NCBI GenBank assembly: GCA_051294375.1
Contig: CM119266.1
Span: forward strand, 26,354,851 to 26,418,850
Reading direction: 5' to 3'
Length of the DNA: 64,000 nt
DNA from: Paraspadella gotoi
Lineage: Eukaryota; Animalia; Chaetognatha
A model generated the notes under the pieces. That model saw only the letters and a program-made list of their open reading frames with translations, was not told the origin of the DNA and made no database searches. Below, piece after piece: positions 23,912 to 37,560 of this stretch. Positions within the stretch are counted from its first letter, which is position 1. The number at the start of each line of letters is the position of its first letter. The position numbers and the translations under genes are program-made.

Positions 23912-26900
23912 ATGGCCGAGGTGTTACGAAGTCTGCGGACACAAATCGGACAAGCATTCGCTGTCGACGACGTGGCTGGCAACGATATGCGCTTGCCCGG
24001 TCACACCGGTGCCCATGGGGGTCACGGCGCTCAAGCGATGGCCAGTGTCGGTTCCCAAAATGCTCTAATGCATCAAGGTTTGTCCCGCAGTTGTTAAACT
24101 TTATAAATCTTTCAATATATCTCGAGTGAGGTAATACTATTCGGATAGATGGAAACTAATAGTTAAGATTCGCTTCTCTTCTAACGTATCTTCTCTGGAA
24201 AGTAAATCTCGCGTCAATACCCGAGAACTCCTCTGTTGACAGGCACACTTCTTGCCGGGGGCGGGACAGTGGGCTCGGACGAATTCGATCCTTTCGCCGG
24301 CGTCACCGAATGCGTTGACGAAAACGTCGACGTCAGCCTCAACGCGCCTCCCGAGGAAAAGTGGTACCACGGTCGATTGGATCGCCAAAAAACTGAAGAA
24401 AGACTTGCTGCCGCTGCGAAGTTAGGTGAGCCGGTGATTCGAAAATCGTGGAAACGAATAAAACGGAAACTGATGAAAGAAACCTACTGGTGGGCCTCTC
24501 CTCTTCTCTTTTCACTAATCCAGGTTCTTATTTGATCCGAGAATCCGATCGAAGACCAGGATCCTATGTCCTGAGTTACTTAGGCAAAACCGGATTTAAT
24601 CATTTCCGGATCACCGCCATGTGCGGCGATTACTACATCGGCGGCCGTCAGTTCGCTTCTCTCAGCGATCTTATCGGATACTATACTTCTTGGTCTGATC
24701 TGCTCAAGGTATTATTTGTTAATCGAAGACTAACTTCATTCCTGACTACGAAAATCAAACATCATTTTTTTGGTTTTACTCAGGGTGAACGTCTAATTCA
24801 TCCCGTGGCGCCTTTGGAACCAATCAATGACAAACGTCAAGTGGTTGCTATTCTTCCGTACAACAAAGTGGCCGAGACTGACGAATTATCTTTTCAAAGG
24901 TGGGACAAAATTGACTTTCACTCTAGTCAAAAAGTGGCACTATTTAATTTCTATATTATTGTATCAGATGGTAATGGTGATGAATGTATTATGTATACAC
25001 TACATATGCCAATTTTTCCGAAGTTTTAAATCATTGCTTCATAGTCTCAAATCTATTATATTTCATGATCAGTTTATTTTATCATCTTTTTCATCTTAAT
25101 GAATTTTCCAGAGGTGACGTATTCACAGTATACAACGAAATGGGCGACGGATGGCTCTGGGTTAAATCTCTGAGGACCAAGGAAAGCGGAATCATTTTCT
25201 CCGCTCTTGTCGAGGACATGACAAAAAATGCCGATCCAAACGAGGGAAAAGGTATACACTATAGCGTTTGAGACAAGCTATTCTAAGAAATTCAAACATC
25301 TTTCATATTCTTTCAGAGTGGTTTCATGGTAACATTACAAAAGAAGCTGCCGCCGAGAGATTAGGTCAGGCCGGTCCCGGAAGCTTTCTCATCAGGCCGT
25401 CCGATAATTCTCCCGGTAACAATAGTCGATTTTTAAACAGTTGCTTTGGCGTCCATGTTGATGCTAGCTAAAATTATGAGCGGAATTTATAGTAGAGAGC
25501 TCACCTCGATTCTGCATGGATCGACTTGGGTTATAGAATTCATTAAAATTTAATTATAGAATTATAAAATTATAGAATTCATTAAAATTTAAATTGGTGA
25601 AAAATTTATAAACGGTGATTAATCTCTCCCAGGCGATTATTCGTTGTTTTTTCACGTTAACAACACTATTCAGCGATTTCGAATTCAGTCCCAAGGCCGC
25701 TACTTTGTAATGGGTGGCCGCTATTTCGACTCTCTCGATGCGATCATCGAGAGATATAGGAAGGAACAAATAGTAGAGGGTCATACATTGTGTAGACCTG
25801 CCTCAAAAAAGTTAGTAACCTTTTTTAGCTTTAGTTGAAAAAGCGGTCACGAACTTTTACTTTCTTTTACTTTCGCAGTGAGGGTCGCGTCGACGCGGGA
25901 TTCTCCCTCCAAGAACCGAACATGAATCTTCCGGAACCGGTTATATCGGAGCAGCACGTCAAAATCTACGAATCCATACCGAAAATGCAAACAAACTTCA
26001 TCGGGCAAAAAGACGATAAAATTATCATTCGCGGCCACCTCGACTTCCTCAACAAAAAAGCGGAAAATCGAAAGACGAAAAAGTGGAAGAATTTGTACTT
26101 TGTGCTCAATGGCACCGAACAACACTTGTATTACTTCGAGAACACTAAAAGGTCCAAACCGAAGGGTTTGATCGACCTAAGTTACGCCGCGCTTTATCCC
26201 GTTCATGATTCTTTCTTCGATCGGTCCAACTGCTTTCAAGTTGTCGTCAAAGCGCTCAATCACCAGGAGGTCTACTACTTTGGCGCCGAGTCGCAAGGTG
26301 AACCATTACGGATCATTCAATCTTGATTCTAGGCCTCCCCTCCCTTCTTTGTTACAGTTCGTGGGGAATTTAGCGAGCATTAGCCAGGTTCAACTCGCCA
26401 ATAGACTTTCTCTTGTGACCCGTTGGCTATTAGAGTAAAGCAATCTAAGATACTAAGCCCTCACTTGTTCTCGGGCTTGGACCCGTTTCCATGAACCAGA
26501 TTTCTACAGTATTTAAACATGTTAACTCGTATTTTATATTTATTTAAGATTCTCGCGAACTATTTCCAAGCCACTTTTTTCACAGTATAAAATTTAGCCA
26601 TCAGAGTTATATAAACATAAAGCAAAGCTTATTGAAATATGACTAGATAAAATTGAGCAAAGCGTTCGAAAGTTATAGGACGACAAAGTCGTTTGTCACA
26701 AAAAATCCACCGAATTTTTTTTTTAACAAAGTAGAGTCCATGACTTTCCTTGTAATAAAAGGTTTATAATAAGGAACTGACTGAACAAATGCAGCATCGA
26801 ATATCTGTAGGGACAGGTTTCAACTATTTTTAACCTAAATCAAATTAAAACGGGTAGAGAAAACATATGGAAAAACAATCTTTTAAAAGTAAAGGAAAAG

Positions 26901-29900
26901 CAGTAAAGTGATAACATACCCAAGATTACTTTCAAAGCTCTTTAACGTCCAAGTTTTTTTTTCCTTATGACATCTCGTGTTGAAGCAGACTAATAGTAGG
27001 ACTAATCTCTGACGAAAAAAGCCAGAGGTGTTTTAGATATATTCTTGTACCGGCCAATATAGAATGTTGCCAATATTGTTAATATTAAGTTTCAAGTAAA
27101 TCCAACCATGGATATAGAAAATATTAACCAAAATCTTGGGAAAATCTACCCCTCTGATGGAAAATTTTTGCTATAAAAGATTTTTCCTGAATCTGACTTC
27201 CGGTTGAAAACTCGACTAATTCACTTTATCATATTAAAATAACTAAATAAAATGTAAAGAAAAATTTTGAGAGCCCTTCAGACACTTTGCCAAAGGATTC
27301 CTGAATTTGACGTCATTTGTAAAACTGGAACATATCTCAAATATGTTTATATTGTCTTGAAGGGAAAAAATCCATTTCATTTCTATATAAAACCAAGGAT
27401 GGAAAATTTTTCCGTACAGAAGAAATCTATTTGTTCTGGCTTGTTTGATATCAAGATGTTGATGATTTGACAAGAGAAAAAAAATGCGAGCCCTTCAGAT
27501 GCAACAGGATCGGAATCAAGTGTTTTTACATCAATTTTTTACCGAAATTTTTCCCAGGAACATTTATATTATTTGGTAGTCAGATTTGAACAAAAATCTC
27601 CATTGAAAAAAATATTTCTTGATCTCTCAGAACGACGTCGGCTCCTACTAATAGAGACTGTTACAATTAATTACAACTAAATTATATTTAATCCTAAAAT
27701 TACCTTTTAATTATAACATAATTAAAAAAATGAAATACACGGAGGTCCAGCTCTAATGGGACTAACTTCAAGTGCTTACAAATCAAGCGGTTTATGATAG
27801 AAAAAAAAATTTAGAAACTCGGCTCATTTTCCTTTTTATCGATAGAAAAATGTTTGAAAAACCCCTGTAACTAATGCTTTTTGAATAACATGTCAAAGTT
27901 TTTTGCCCCATTCCTTTTGCCCAGTTTATCTGAATGCAATTCTCGTTATTAATGAAAATGTAGGATAGAGAAGCAGAATGACCCACGCATCCCATACAGA
28001 ACTGTCGACTTAGTGACAGGAATATTGAATTCCAAAGGGACGCGTTCTCAAAAGCTTATGCCGCCTTCTTTGGACGGTAGGAGAAGGTTATGGTTGCCAA
28101 TTTTTTTGGTTTTTTTTAATAGATTAGGTTGTAATTACTATTTTTTTTACAAGTGTACAACTTTTTATAGTTTTTTTTTTAAAGACAAAAATCAAAGTTT
28201 TTTGAATTGTGCAACGAATTTTATTTATTCAATACGGACATGTTTCGACTCTGTTTCGAGTCTTAATCAGCAAGTGAAATATCAGAGTCACATATCTCAA
28301 ACATCAGTTTTGGAGAGAGAGAGAGAGAGAGAAAGAAAGAAAGAGAAAGAAAGAGAGAGAGAAAGAAAAAGAGTTTCCAACAAAGAATTGAGTGAGGGAT
28401 AGTGGTCAGATGTGAGGACAGGTCAAGGTAAGGGCAGGGAAGAAGAGAGTAAGTGAATTTGAAATTTGAAAGAAAGAGAGAGATAATACATTAGGCAATG
28501 TACAACGATGATAAAATTAGAGAATAAATTAAATGTATAACAATAATTAATAAGTTGTTAACTGAGTTTGAAATTTGAAATAAGGAAAGTTAAAAAGAAG
28601 AGTAAGCGGTGAGGGATAAGATAAGTTAAGAGTAAGTGAAATATGGTAAGAAAGAGCTCAAAATGATTCAGTCCCAAAAGAGCTGGAACTCCATGTATTA
28701 TTAAAATGTTATTTTAGCAGTAATTGAAAAAAAAAAAGTAAAGCAAATTGATTGCTAACTCTTATGTTTAATTTTATTATCATTATAACAATTGCTTATA
28801 GTGAGCATCAGTCAAAAAACAATGTATCATCAACGCTAATCTATGGAAATAACTTTTTTCCAATTTCGTTTTGAGTATCTGACTTCAAACTTGCCATATT
28901 CTACTGCCTGAACCAATTTGAATTTTTTTTCCGCCAATCGATAGCTTTTTAGCTGTCAAATTGTCTCTTTTATTTCAGAAAAAAAAAAAAATTTTTAGCT
29001 ATAGTTCTCATATATATATTTTTTTAATTTAAAAAAGAAATAGTAGCTACTTTTTTTTGTGCCGCAGTGTATAAGTACTAACTGTATATAGTTAGTACTT
29101 TAATTAATATAATAATCGTTTTGGTTTTGTAAGATCGAATGCAAGAGTGGATGAAAGCGATTCTGCCTTTTTGCGCGAAAATCCCCGGCAACGTCGGCGC
29201 CACGGGAATTGGAGTCGGCGGCGGCGGAGCCGGAGGAGGAAGAGTTACCGGATTGAGAGAGATGAGATCGCTTGTTGTGGCCATTCAAGACGCGCACAGG
29301 TTAGTCGCTAGGAGATTCGAGATTCGTTGAAAATTGCTTCACCTTCACCTTTACTGGCAGGCTTCCGATAAAGTACGTGAATCATCCCTACTTTCTTGTC
29401 GCTTTAAATGACATCAACGCCTGTCGTACTCGCGTCAAAGAAGCTCCTAACCCTATATTTGACGAGGAATACACCCTCGACGATTTGCCCGGTAAATAGA
29501 CCTGACATCCATTAATAAATCTGAAATGTTGAATTGATAGTCTTCGACCGACTTCTCGCTACGATGAATAATATTGAATATTGATCAATCCATATTACTT
29601 AAAAATTTTCTTATTCATTTTTAGAGGTTGATGATCTGTCACAAAATATTTTCGGACAGGTGATATCGATTACGTGACGATTTCGCTGTTCAACAAACGT
29701 CCAAGGTCAAAGGACGTTCACGTAGCACAGATCACAGTTCATCTTAAGGAACTCGACAACGGGGAACTCATCGAGGAGTGGTTTCAACTCTCGCCTGTTT
29801 CACCGCAAATGAAGGGTGATATGGGATCCGTGCGCGTCAAGGTGAGCAGCATTTTTACATATTCAGTTATTTTTCTCTGTTGGTCCGTTTTCATTCAAGC

Positions 29901-32900
29901 AAAATTAGATATTTTAGTAGTCGACCTTGATTAAAATGAGAATTGATTAAATTGTTTAATGTGTACGAAATAAATTCAAATAATAGTTAAATTTAAAAAT
30001 AAAGCGACATTTGCAAAATAAATCATTTATTATTCACTGATTTTTATCTCATAAACCCAAAATATTTTCTAGAATCTATGTAGTATTCGAGCCTTTTTAT
30101 CTCATTTCAACTTTCCTCAAAAAGGGTTTCCACGTCAGCAGTTCCGAAAACGTGACGAGCGGTCTTGCGAAATATGTAGCCTTGGTAGTTGTCTAAGAAC
30201 CACTCTCGGTTGTTTAACTCCGACAGCTTACAATCCCCCGAGCCGCCCTCCAAAATAACGTTGGCGCGACGAGATGACGTAAGCTGCATTCGCCGAAGCG
30301 CGTACAATCTCGATCAGAATTTATCTAGGAGGGTTAAAAAATAGTTAAAAATGCGACCTGTTCCGCCAATGTGAGTTCCACTTCGCTTCCGCTCTCGTCA
30401 GCCAACATCATCTCTATTTTTCTCATCCCGTTTGACGGTAATGGCGTCATTGGTGACGGGGATATCAGAGCCACTCCATCAGTTGTGGAAGGGCACTCCG
30501 ACCTCGACGATGCCAACGCCGGGTCGACTGTAGAAGACGTCGATACGGAATCGTAATACCCGGGAGCCCTCTTGCGCCGATTTCTTTTTCCCATCTTTCT
30601 TCGCCGAGCCTCCAAGAGCTCGCAACGTTCGTCCTCGTAAAAGTGGGATCCTTCGGTCGTTTGCAGGATCGCCTCCGGACGCCCTCTCTTCATTCTCCAC
30701 GCGCCGTCACCCTCGGCCATCATATCGCCTTTGCCGCAAAAGTAGAAATCAACGAAGTCTTCTTCCGCCGTGAGGTAGTCAGAATCGTTCGTCGACGATT
30801 CGCCGATGCTCTCGCCACTACCGCAAAGCGTTGTTGAAGATCCCGAGACGTCGTCGAGCAGGAGACGGTTGTTGTTGTTAATGTTGTCGTCTTCCTCTCC
30901 GAACAGGCGTCTTTCGTCCTTCCACCAGACTGGGCTCTCCTCGTGGTGCTCCTTCGAGGAGTCCGAGTGAAACCCGGCGATCATTTCCAAATCGGAATCG
31001 TCATGGAAATCAAATTCGCGATCGGCGGCGTTGTCTGTAATATCTCCCGGGCAGCCGCAGACTTGGATGTCGCAAAAACCCAGTCCGCAACCTTGACCGC
31101 CGCACGCGCAAGGCGGTCGGGCGTCAACGGACAGAGAAGACTCGGAGTCGTCATCGTATGCCGCGTCATCCGGAGATATTTCGACGATGTGCATGATGCA
31201 CTGAACGATATCCATCAATTACTCATTACGAAAAAGATTTAATTATAGCGTTATGTCGCATAGTTTACCTGTTTAAGATTGTTCTTCTTAATCTCTACAG
31301 AAAGTTTTTTCTTTTCTCTAACTTGTGTTTCGACGCTGGTAGTTTTTGGCGGCAACCAGGAGATGGGGTCCAACATCGTTCTTGTTAGACGTGCCAGGAG
31401 TAATAATTTTTGCGAAGCAGTTCGCTTTAAACTCTGTAAGAATTGGTTTGAAATTTGTCTTGAACTTCAATTTGTCATCCTCGAATTGATCGAAAAGTTA
31501 CCGCCAAATCCAGCGAAATGCGTTTTGTGGGTAGATCGGTTTCGTCATTAACTTGGTTGAAATTCGTCCCTGTTTTCTCGGTGGAATCAGTTGGTCCTAA
31601 TTGGGCGTGTTTAGAATCTTTACCGTTTTCTTCCTGTTGAATGGAGAAAGATATATTTTCCCCGAATCGTTTTCGTGAAAAAAAATGTGATTGTGTTCCG
31701 TCCACAATTGAATAAAAGTTACATTACCAAATCGTAAACCTGGTCAAATTCTTCGGCTGAAAAAAAAATAAGAAAATAAAATTTATTTATATTAGTTGAA
31801 AATTAAAGTAGCGTGGTAAAATTGACAATAAACATTTCTTTACCATTTTGATTCGTATCTTTTTGTAACAAGCCGTGTGAGTGATTGATATCCTCGTCTG
31901 GATCCGGGTCGTCGAACTGACACGAAAACAAGCCGAGTATATAAGTATATCCTATAAGTGTATCATTGATGTTGTGCGTGATACCTCCACCAAAATCCAA
32001 AGAATGATGGTGTAGACTATGAGACCGAAAAAAATTGCGACGAGGGCGTCCAGCAAGACGGCGCCTGGTTCGCATGGGATTTTGCTCGCCATCAGAGAAA
32101 CCGCGGAAACAGTGACGCCGGTGAGAGACTTTCCAGCCTTGCCAGCGTAGTTGCGAGCCATCTCGGGGCCTCTCGAAACGAGACCCAAAAGTCCCTCACT
32201 GTCGCGTTGATTATTAAAAATATTAAAATTGTTTGCGTTGGGACAGAATTTCTTAAGTCTTTTACTTGATTCCTTTAGTGTTTACGTCTGTCCCAATCAC
32301 TAGGCTAAAGCTAATCGAAGCAATCGTGAGCACTAATAATTTTCGAAATAAGAAGAGCATAACGACTTTCACGAATCTATCCTGGAACCATCTAGAGCAC
32401 TAATTTATTCAACGCTTTTGTTTTATGAGCTACTTTAATAAAAGATTATTTTTCGTAATATATTATCATTACGACCAGCAGTGCTGGACCGCAAAATCCC
32501 AGCGAATGTAATAATAAGCCTTTATAGTTTTAGGCAACGCGAGCAGATTTGAGGTTTTTTTACTGTCTTAACAAATGAGCAACCAACTATAGGAGAATTA
32601 TATGCAATTATGCATTTTTAACGTAAATGGGACAGACCGATGGACAGACATACCGACAGAGCGACCGAAAAGTGACTTCGAGTTAAATCGTAAAAAATAT
32701 ATCGTTTTTTGCACTTTCACTGCCTCTCTATAATAAAAACACAATGAATGCTAACTTTTATTAATCTTTTGTCAGGTGAAGTACATGCACGAATTGATAA
32801 TGCCCGCCCACGAATATGGCGCCCTCAAAGAATTAACGGTGTCAAAAGATTTCGAGGTGGTATTTGCTTTAGCGGACGTCGCGGGATCCGACCGTGTGCC

Positions 32901-35900
32901 TCTTGCGCGGGCTCTGCTTTCTGTTTTTCAAGAAGAAGGTGAGATTACTGAGTCTGACATTTTGAGAAATCAGTACAGACCAGGGAGCGACGAATAAATA
33001 AGTTTCATTTCTGTAGGTCAAGAAGCTATTTTGCTTCGAGTTATGAACGATCGAGAAATCGAACAAGAAGACGATACGTCAACGCTGTTTCGGTCTTCCA
33101 CGATGGCCACGTGTCTGATGGATCAGTATATGAAGGTAAGGTTTTTATCGTCGCAATCGCTTTGCGTTTGCGACAATCTCGTAACGCTTTTGCGCATAAG
33201 TGGCGTAGTCGTCGTCGTCGTTCCAACTTTTCGATCGCCTTTTTGATGACTAAATTTTGGTGTATGATGCTGAAAATTTATATACAGCTTCTCATCATCA
33301 AGGTCTTTGAAATTGGGCGAGGACAGTTTATTAAATATGTTTTGTTTACGTTTTATCAAAACAAACAAATTTCCTCTATTTTTATTTTTATGTCTCCTCC
33401 TCTCTCTTCTTTTCTCTTCTTCTTTTAATTATATGTAGCTCTCTCTCTCTTTTCCCCAGTCGCTGATTCCTTGGGCTCTGCAGGGTAGGGTGGAGTGATG
33501 AAAAGATTAAGCGATGGAATAATATTTTTTGCTGCCTTTGTATTTGCAATAAAAAATAATTAAGCTATTTTTTAAAAAAAATTTGCATAACAGTATCATT
33601 AATTGAATTTTTTTTATAGTAATATTCTTATAAAATCATAAAATTTTTAAATCATATTTTTTTAATTATAAGAACAGTTTCGGATTCTCCGGAAAAAACT
33701 GAAAAACTTTTGTAAAATATGTTACATGATATTTTTAGGTTAAAGCTGTGAAAAATGACCAAAACGTTTCATCATATAATAGTTTCTACTACAAAGTGTG
33801 AAAAAGTGGAGAATTTGACTTTTTTTTTGTATTTTTGATGCTGAAGACATTGAAATTTTTAATAACATATTTTATATTTTTGATATAACTTTTTATGAAG
33901 AATCAGAATCTTTAATAAAAATTTAAAAAAGTATTTTTAAAATTTATGATTTTATAAGGATATTACTATAAATATATTGTAATTAATGATACTGTTCCCC
34001 AAACAATATAAGCAAAATGTTTTTTGTACTCCTTAATCATACTATCTCACGTCTAAATATCCTTGTTTGTTCGCTCAAATAAAATTTATGTTCCCCAGTG
34101 CTCCACTCGACTGCAGGGGCTTTCTTTCTTTTTCTCTCTTTTCTCCTGCTGCTTCTGCTGATTCGTCCGCTGATTCGTCTGCTGTTTCGTCTGCTGTTTC
34201 TCTCTTTCTCTCTGCATTTTTATTAAAAAAAAATTGAATTAGGATTGAGCTTGTAAAATTAGGTATCGCATTCGTGCATGTTATCATTTTGCTATCTCAA
34301 CATCGGGTTTTTATTTCGTTTTTTCTTCTCGTCACTCTCTCTTTATTTTTTTTCCCTTCCTTTCTATTCTTTCTTTCTTTTCTATTCTTTCTTTCTTTTC
34401 TATTCTTTCTTTCTTTTCTTTCTTTTTTTTTAATTTTTTCTTTCTTTTCTATTCTTTCTTTCTTTTCTATTTTTTCTTCTTTTCTATTTTTTCTTTCTTC
34501 TTTCTATTCTTTCTTTCCTTTCTATATTTTCTTTCCTTTCTATTCTTTCTTTCCTTTCTATTCTTTCTTTCCTTTCAATTCTTTCTTTATATTTACTCTT
34601 TTCTTTTTTTTTTTCTGTTTATAAATTAATTTTCTTTTCTCAAATTTGATTTTTTTTAGTATCAAAATTTGTCGTCAATCCAGATTTTTTTATGCATTGC
34701 GACGATCCTTATGCTTTTAAGATTTTTTGTCATAAAAATCGTTAATACGTCATACGTAATTCTTCCATCCTTTCATTTTTTGCTCATATAATAATATTAA
34801 TAATAATATAATATATTATGAAATTGGTACAACCAATATAAAAATTATCCATTCATTTAATAAATAAGCTATCTTGCCCCTGACTTTAATAATATAATAA
34901 TATATTTTATTAAGAGCACGGGACTCTTAATCCCGGGGTCGTGGGTTCGAGCCCCACATTGGGCGCCACTGGGAAGATGGGTATCTAGCTAAGGGTAGGT
35001 ACTAACTAGTTTCTCTTCAGGTAAAAGAGGTAAGTAAAGATATGGAGTCTAATAAGTCTAAAGTCTAGTAAAGACGGTTATGTACAAAATAAGAGGGAGA
35101 GGGAGGGAGGTTTCTTGTGCCCCGACTTGTGAGTTGAGCTGAGAGTGAATCCTTGGTCCCGGCCCGAGGGTTGCCGGAGGGATGAGGAGGAGGGGATGAG
35201 GAGGAAGGGACGACGGAGATGGGGAAGAGCTGTGGCGGTAAACGCCCCTCTATCTTGATAATATATAATATCTAACGCGTAAACGATTTTAATTTAATTC
35301 CACAGAGAACTTGTGGTGACTTCTTGAACTTCGCGATCAAGAAGTCCATCATCTCTATAATGGAAAGCAGAGACTCTTGCGAGTTAGACTTGAGTCGCCT
35401 TGACCGAGCGTCGGACGCCCACGTCAACGCCGAGCATCTTCTGGTCAGTTTTTGGATTTAAAAAGTAAAAAGTAAAAAAAGAATACTAGTCAAAAGCCAC
35501 GGCAAAAGCTTTTTCTTCCGACAACTATCATCTGTCCCACGTGTCCGGTGTCAGGTGCTGCTGAACGACGTGATAGAATCGATCTTCGACTCGGCGCACG
35601 CCGCCCCTCCCGTCCTCCGATACATATGTGGCTGCCTGCAAAAGAGCGTTTCTACCAAGTGGCCGGAAAATGAAATCGTCAGAACCCGAGTCGTTTCCGT
35701 ATTCATCTTTCTCCGACTCCTCTCGCCGGCGATAAGGTGGGAAATGGTAGTATAACAGTCGCTCGAGTCTTATCGATTTTTTGTTTTTTTCACAAGCTTA
35801 TTTTCTTTCAATTCTATATTTATCGAACTGAATTCTGCGTGATGGTCTAGTACCTTAATGAGTTCTTTTTTCATTCTGTCAGTTGACATTGTAGGATATA

Positions 35901-37560
35901 AAATTTTGGAATCATAATACATGTATTTTTAATTGAGATTAAATGTGCACCTTAGTAGACCTTTATCTTCATTTTTATCCTCAAATTAGAAATCCGAAAG
36001 TGTTCAACCTGATCAACGAGACCCCGTCCGAGACCGCGGACCGAACTCTCACACTTGTCGCCAAATGCCTCCAAAATCTCGCCAATTTGGTCGAGTTCGG
36101 CGCAAAGGAGCCTTACATGAACGTCGTCAATCCTTTCATCGTTCGAAACAAATCGAGAATGGTCGAGTTTCTCAATCAACTATCCAACGTTCACGAAAAT
36201 CCTTCCGCAGGTTTTGTGATAAAACTTATTGCGGTTTGATTTAAGATTGAGCCGAGGTTAATGTATAAGGGGGTATGTTTGCCTGAGATAAGATAGGCAT
36301 ATAACTAGGTACCAAAAGGTTCAGTGTTCATTAATATCTTACTTGATGGTATGTTGACTTGGTATCGGTGAAGAACGCTCGCTTACTATATAAACTGTCT
36401 TTAATGTGTATAGCTAGTTAGCTTTGCCTGAAGTAGAGAAATGGAAACACAATTAAAAACTATTTATTTACCTCTATTATATTGTGCTTAAACCTTATTT
36501 AGAATTATTAATGATTAACTGTTAAGATGTTAATCTTATGCTGATTGAGCTCTGATAAGGAGAAATGAACTTTAACAAGAGAGTGCGTCCCCAAAACCAT
36601 AGCTGAATAATAGTTTAACTTCTGAACAAATAAAGGAATCACTAAATATGAGCAAGTCAAATCTTTAAGTAATAAAATGTTAAAAGTATTATTATTAATT
36701 AACTAGTTAAAATATTAAAATGACTCATGTTAATCATTAACATTGCTAAAGACTATATTTAGCTACTAGAAAACCATGAAACAGAACTAATATCAAAATC
36801 CAAAATGAAATTAGACACATTTCGATTCAATACTGCAATATGTAAATGAGATTGAGAGATTTAAGATCATATTAAATAATCATCTCTTACAAATGTAGTG
36901 CAGAAGGATCTTTATAGAAATGAGCTTTCGATTTTTCGAGCCCAGCATCAATTCCAAGGAAACCACCGGATGAAATTTTGCATAGATAGTGCTAATGATG
37001 ATACGAATAGAACTATCAAGGCGATTTTTAAAATTTAACCCCTGAGCTGAGATACGGGGCCCTGAGGGTTTTTTTGGGATTTTTTGGGTTTTTTTAATTT
37101 GAACAGCTGCATAGGAATTCTTCTAGAAAAAATAATTTATAACCATTTATAGTCATTTTACTTTCATTTTTGGGTTCATGAACTCAGAGGGTGAGGCCCG
37201 TTTTATGATGGCGAACGGTTTATGTAATAATAACAAAATAAATACCACTACGCTGAACCACCTTCACTCCCTTCAGGGAATCAAATGACGACGCGTCCCG
37301 GGCGCGCTTTTCAAACGTCGCCGCACGCGACTACTTCTCCCGCCCGCGGTTCCTCGGACATCGCCCGCGAACTCGCTTGCCTCCACCACATTTGCGAGAC
37401 ACACCTGCCCGAGCTCGACTCAATCAGCGCCCAGGGCGGGGGGAGCAATAAACTGCGGAAACTCATCGCCATGACGGACATGCTGCGCGGCCACAAGAAA
37501 CACTACATGCAGCAGCAACAGCAAGTCGGAACTCTACTACAGCCGGAGCGGATGGTATAA
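23912..37560 (+). CDS. RASA1: Ras GTPase-activating protein p120 (SH2-SH3-SH2-PH-C2-RasGAP), 17 exons
   Basis: Exons 23912-24077, 24243-24425, 24524-24708, 24784-24899, 25112-25251, 25317-25415, 25633-25810, 25879-26297, 29134-29299, 29361-29491, 29660-29841, 32776-32938, 33017-33135, 35306-35443, 35555-35736, 35990-36210, 37277-37560, all GT-AG and in phase. Motifs: WYHGRLDR / YLIRESDRRPGSYVLS (SH2), AILPYNKVAETDELSF (SH3), KKWKNLYFVL..PKGLIDLS (PH), arginine finger TLFRSS, FIFLRLLSPAI, AKCLQNLANLVEFGAKEPYM. Confidence 0.96.
28190..28670 (-). mobile_element. Penelope pseudo-LTR fragment with HHR variant (CTGATTA) in RASA1 intron 8
   Basis: HHR at 28235-28272 (-): CTGATTA-a-gactc[gaaaca]gagtc-GAAACATGTC. 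The (GA)n tract and body are homologous to the other pLTR copies. Confidence 0.75.
30107..32360 (-). CDS. Uncharacterised ~575 aa single-pass membrane protein gene nested antisense in RASA1 intron 11
   Basis: Exons 32360-32266, 32198-31985, 31916-31844, 31756-31728, 31633-31502, 31433-31269, 31200-30358, 30283-30107. All introns are GT-AG, 66-94 nt and phase-compatible. The product has an N-terminal hydrophobic signal-like segment, a TM (ALVAIFFGLIVYTIILWILV) and a long acidic tail with CACGGQGCGLGFCDIQVCGC. The last exon is less certain. Confidence 0.7.
33486..34110. mobile_element. hAT-like MITE (625 bp), intact copy
   Basis: Termini tagggtggag...ctccactcga with a perfect 8-bp TSD ctgcaggg (33478-33485, 34111-34118). 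The empty host repeat is seen at ~38680-39300. Confidence 0.8.
34913..35260 (+). mobile_element. 5'-truncated tRNA-Lys(CTT)-derived SINE / tRNA pseudogene with encoded CCA
   Basis: agagcacgggaCTCTTAAtcccggggtcgtgGGTTCGAGCCccacattgggcgCCA (34913-34968) gives the anticodon arm, T arm and acceptor 3' strand of tRNA-Lys. It is followed by a ~290 bp body ending in a ggcg-gtaaa-cgcc hairpin and an AT-rich tail. Confidence 0.75.

Noticed and set aside
30334-31218. 294 aa ORF as a separate intronless gene or operon partner
   Set aside because: A CAG/gtaaac donor at 31268 and a ttcag acceptor at 31201 join it in frame to the upstream exons, so a single gene is more parsimonious.
34274-34624. Phe-rich 116 aa ORF
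   Set aside because: Pyrimidine-rich tandem repeat (tttctattctttctttcc)n.
34913-34968. Functional tRNA-Lys gene
   Set aside because: The 5' acceptor strand and most of the D arm are missing, and CCA is encoded.
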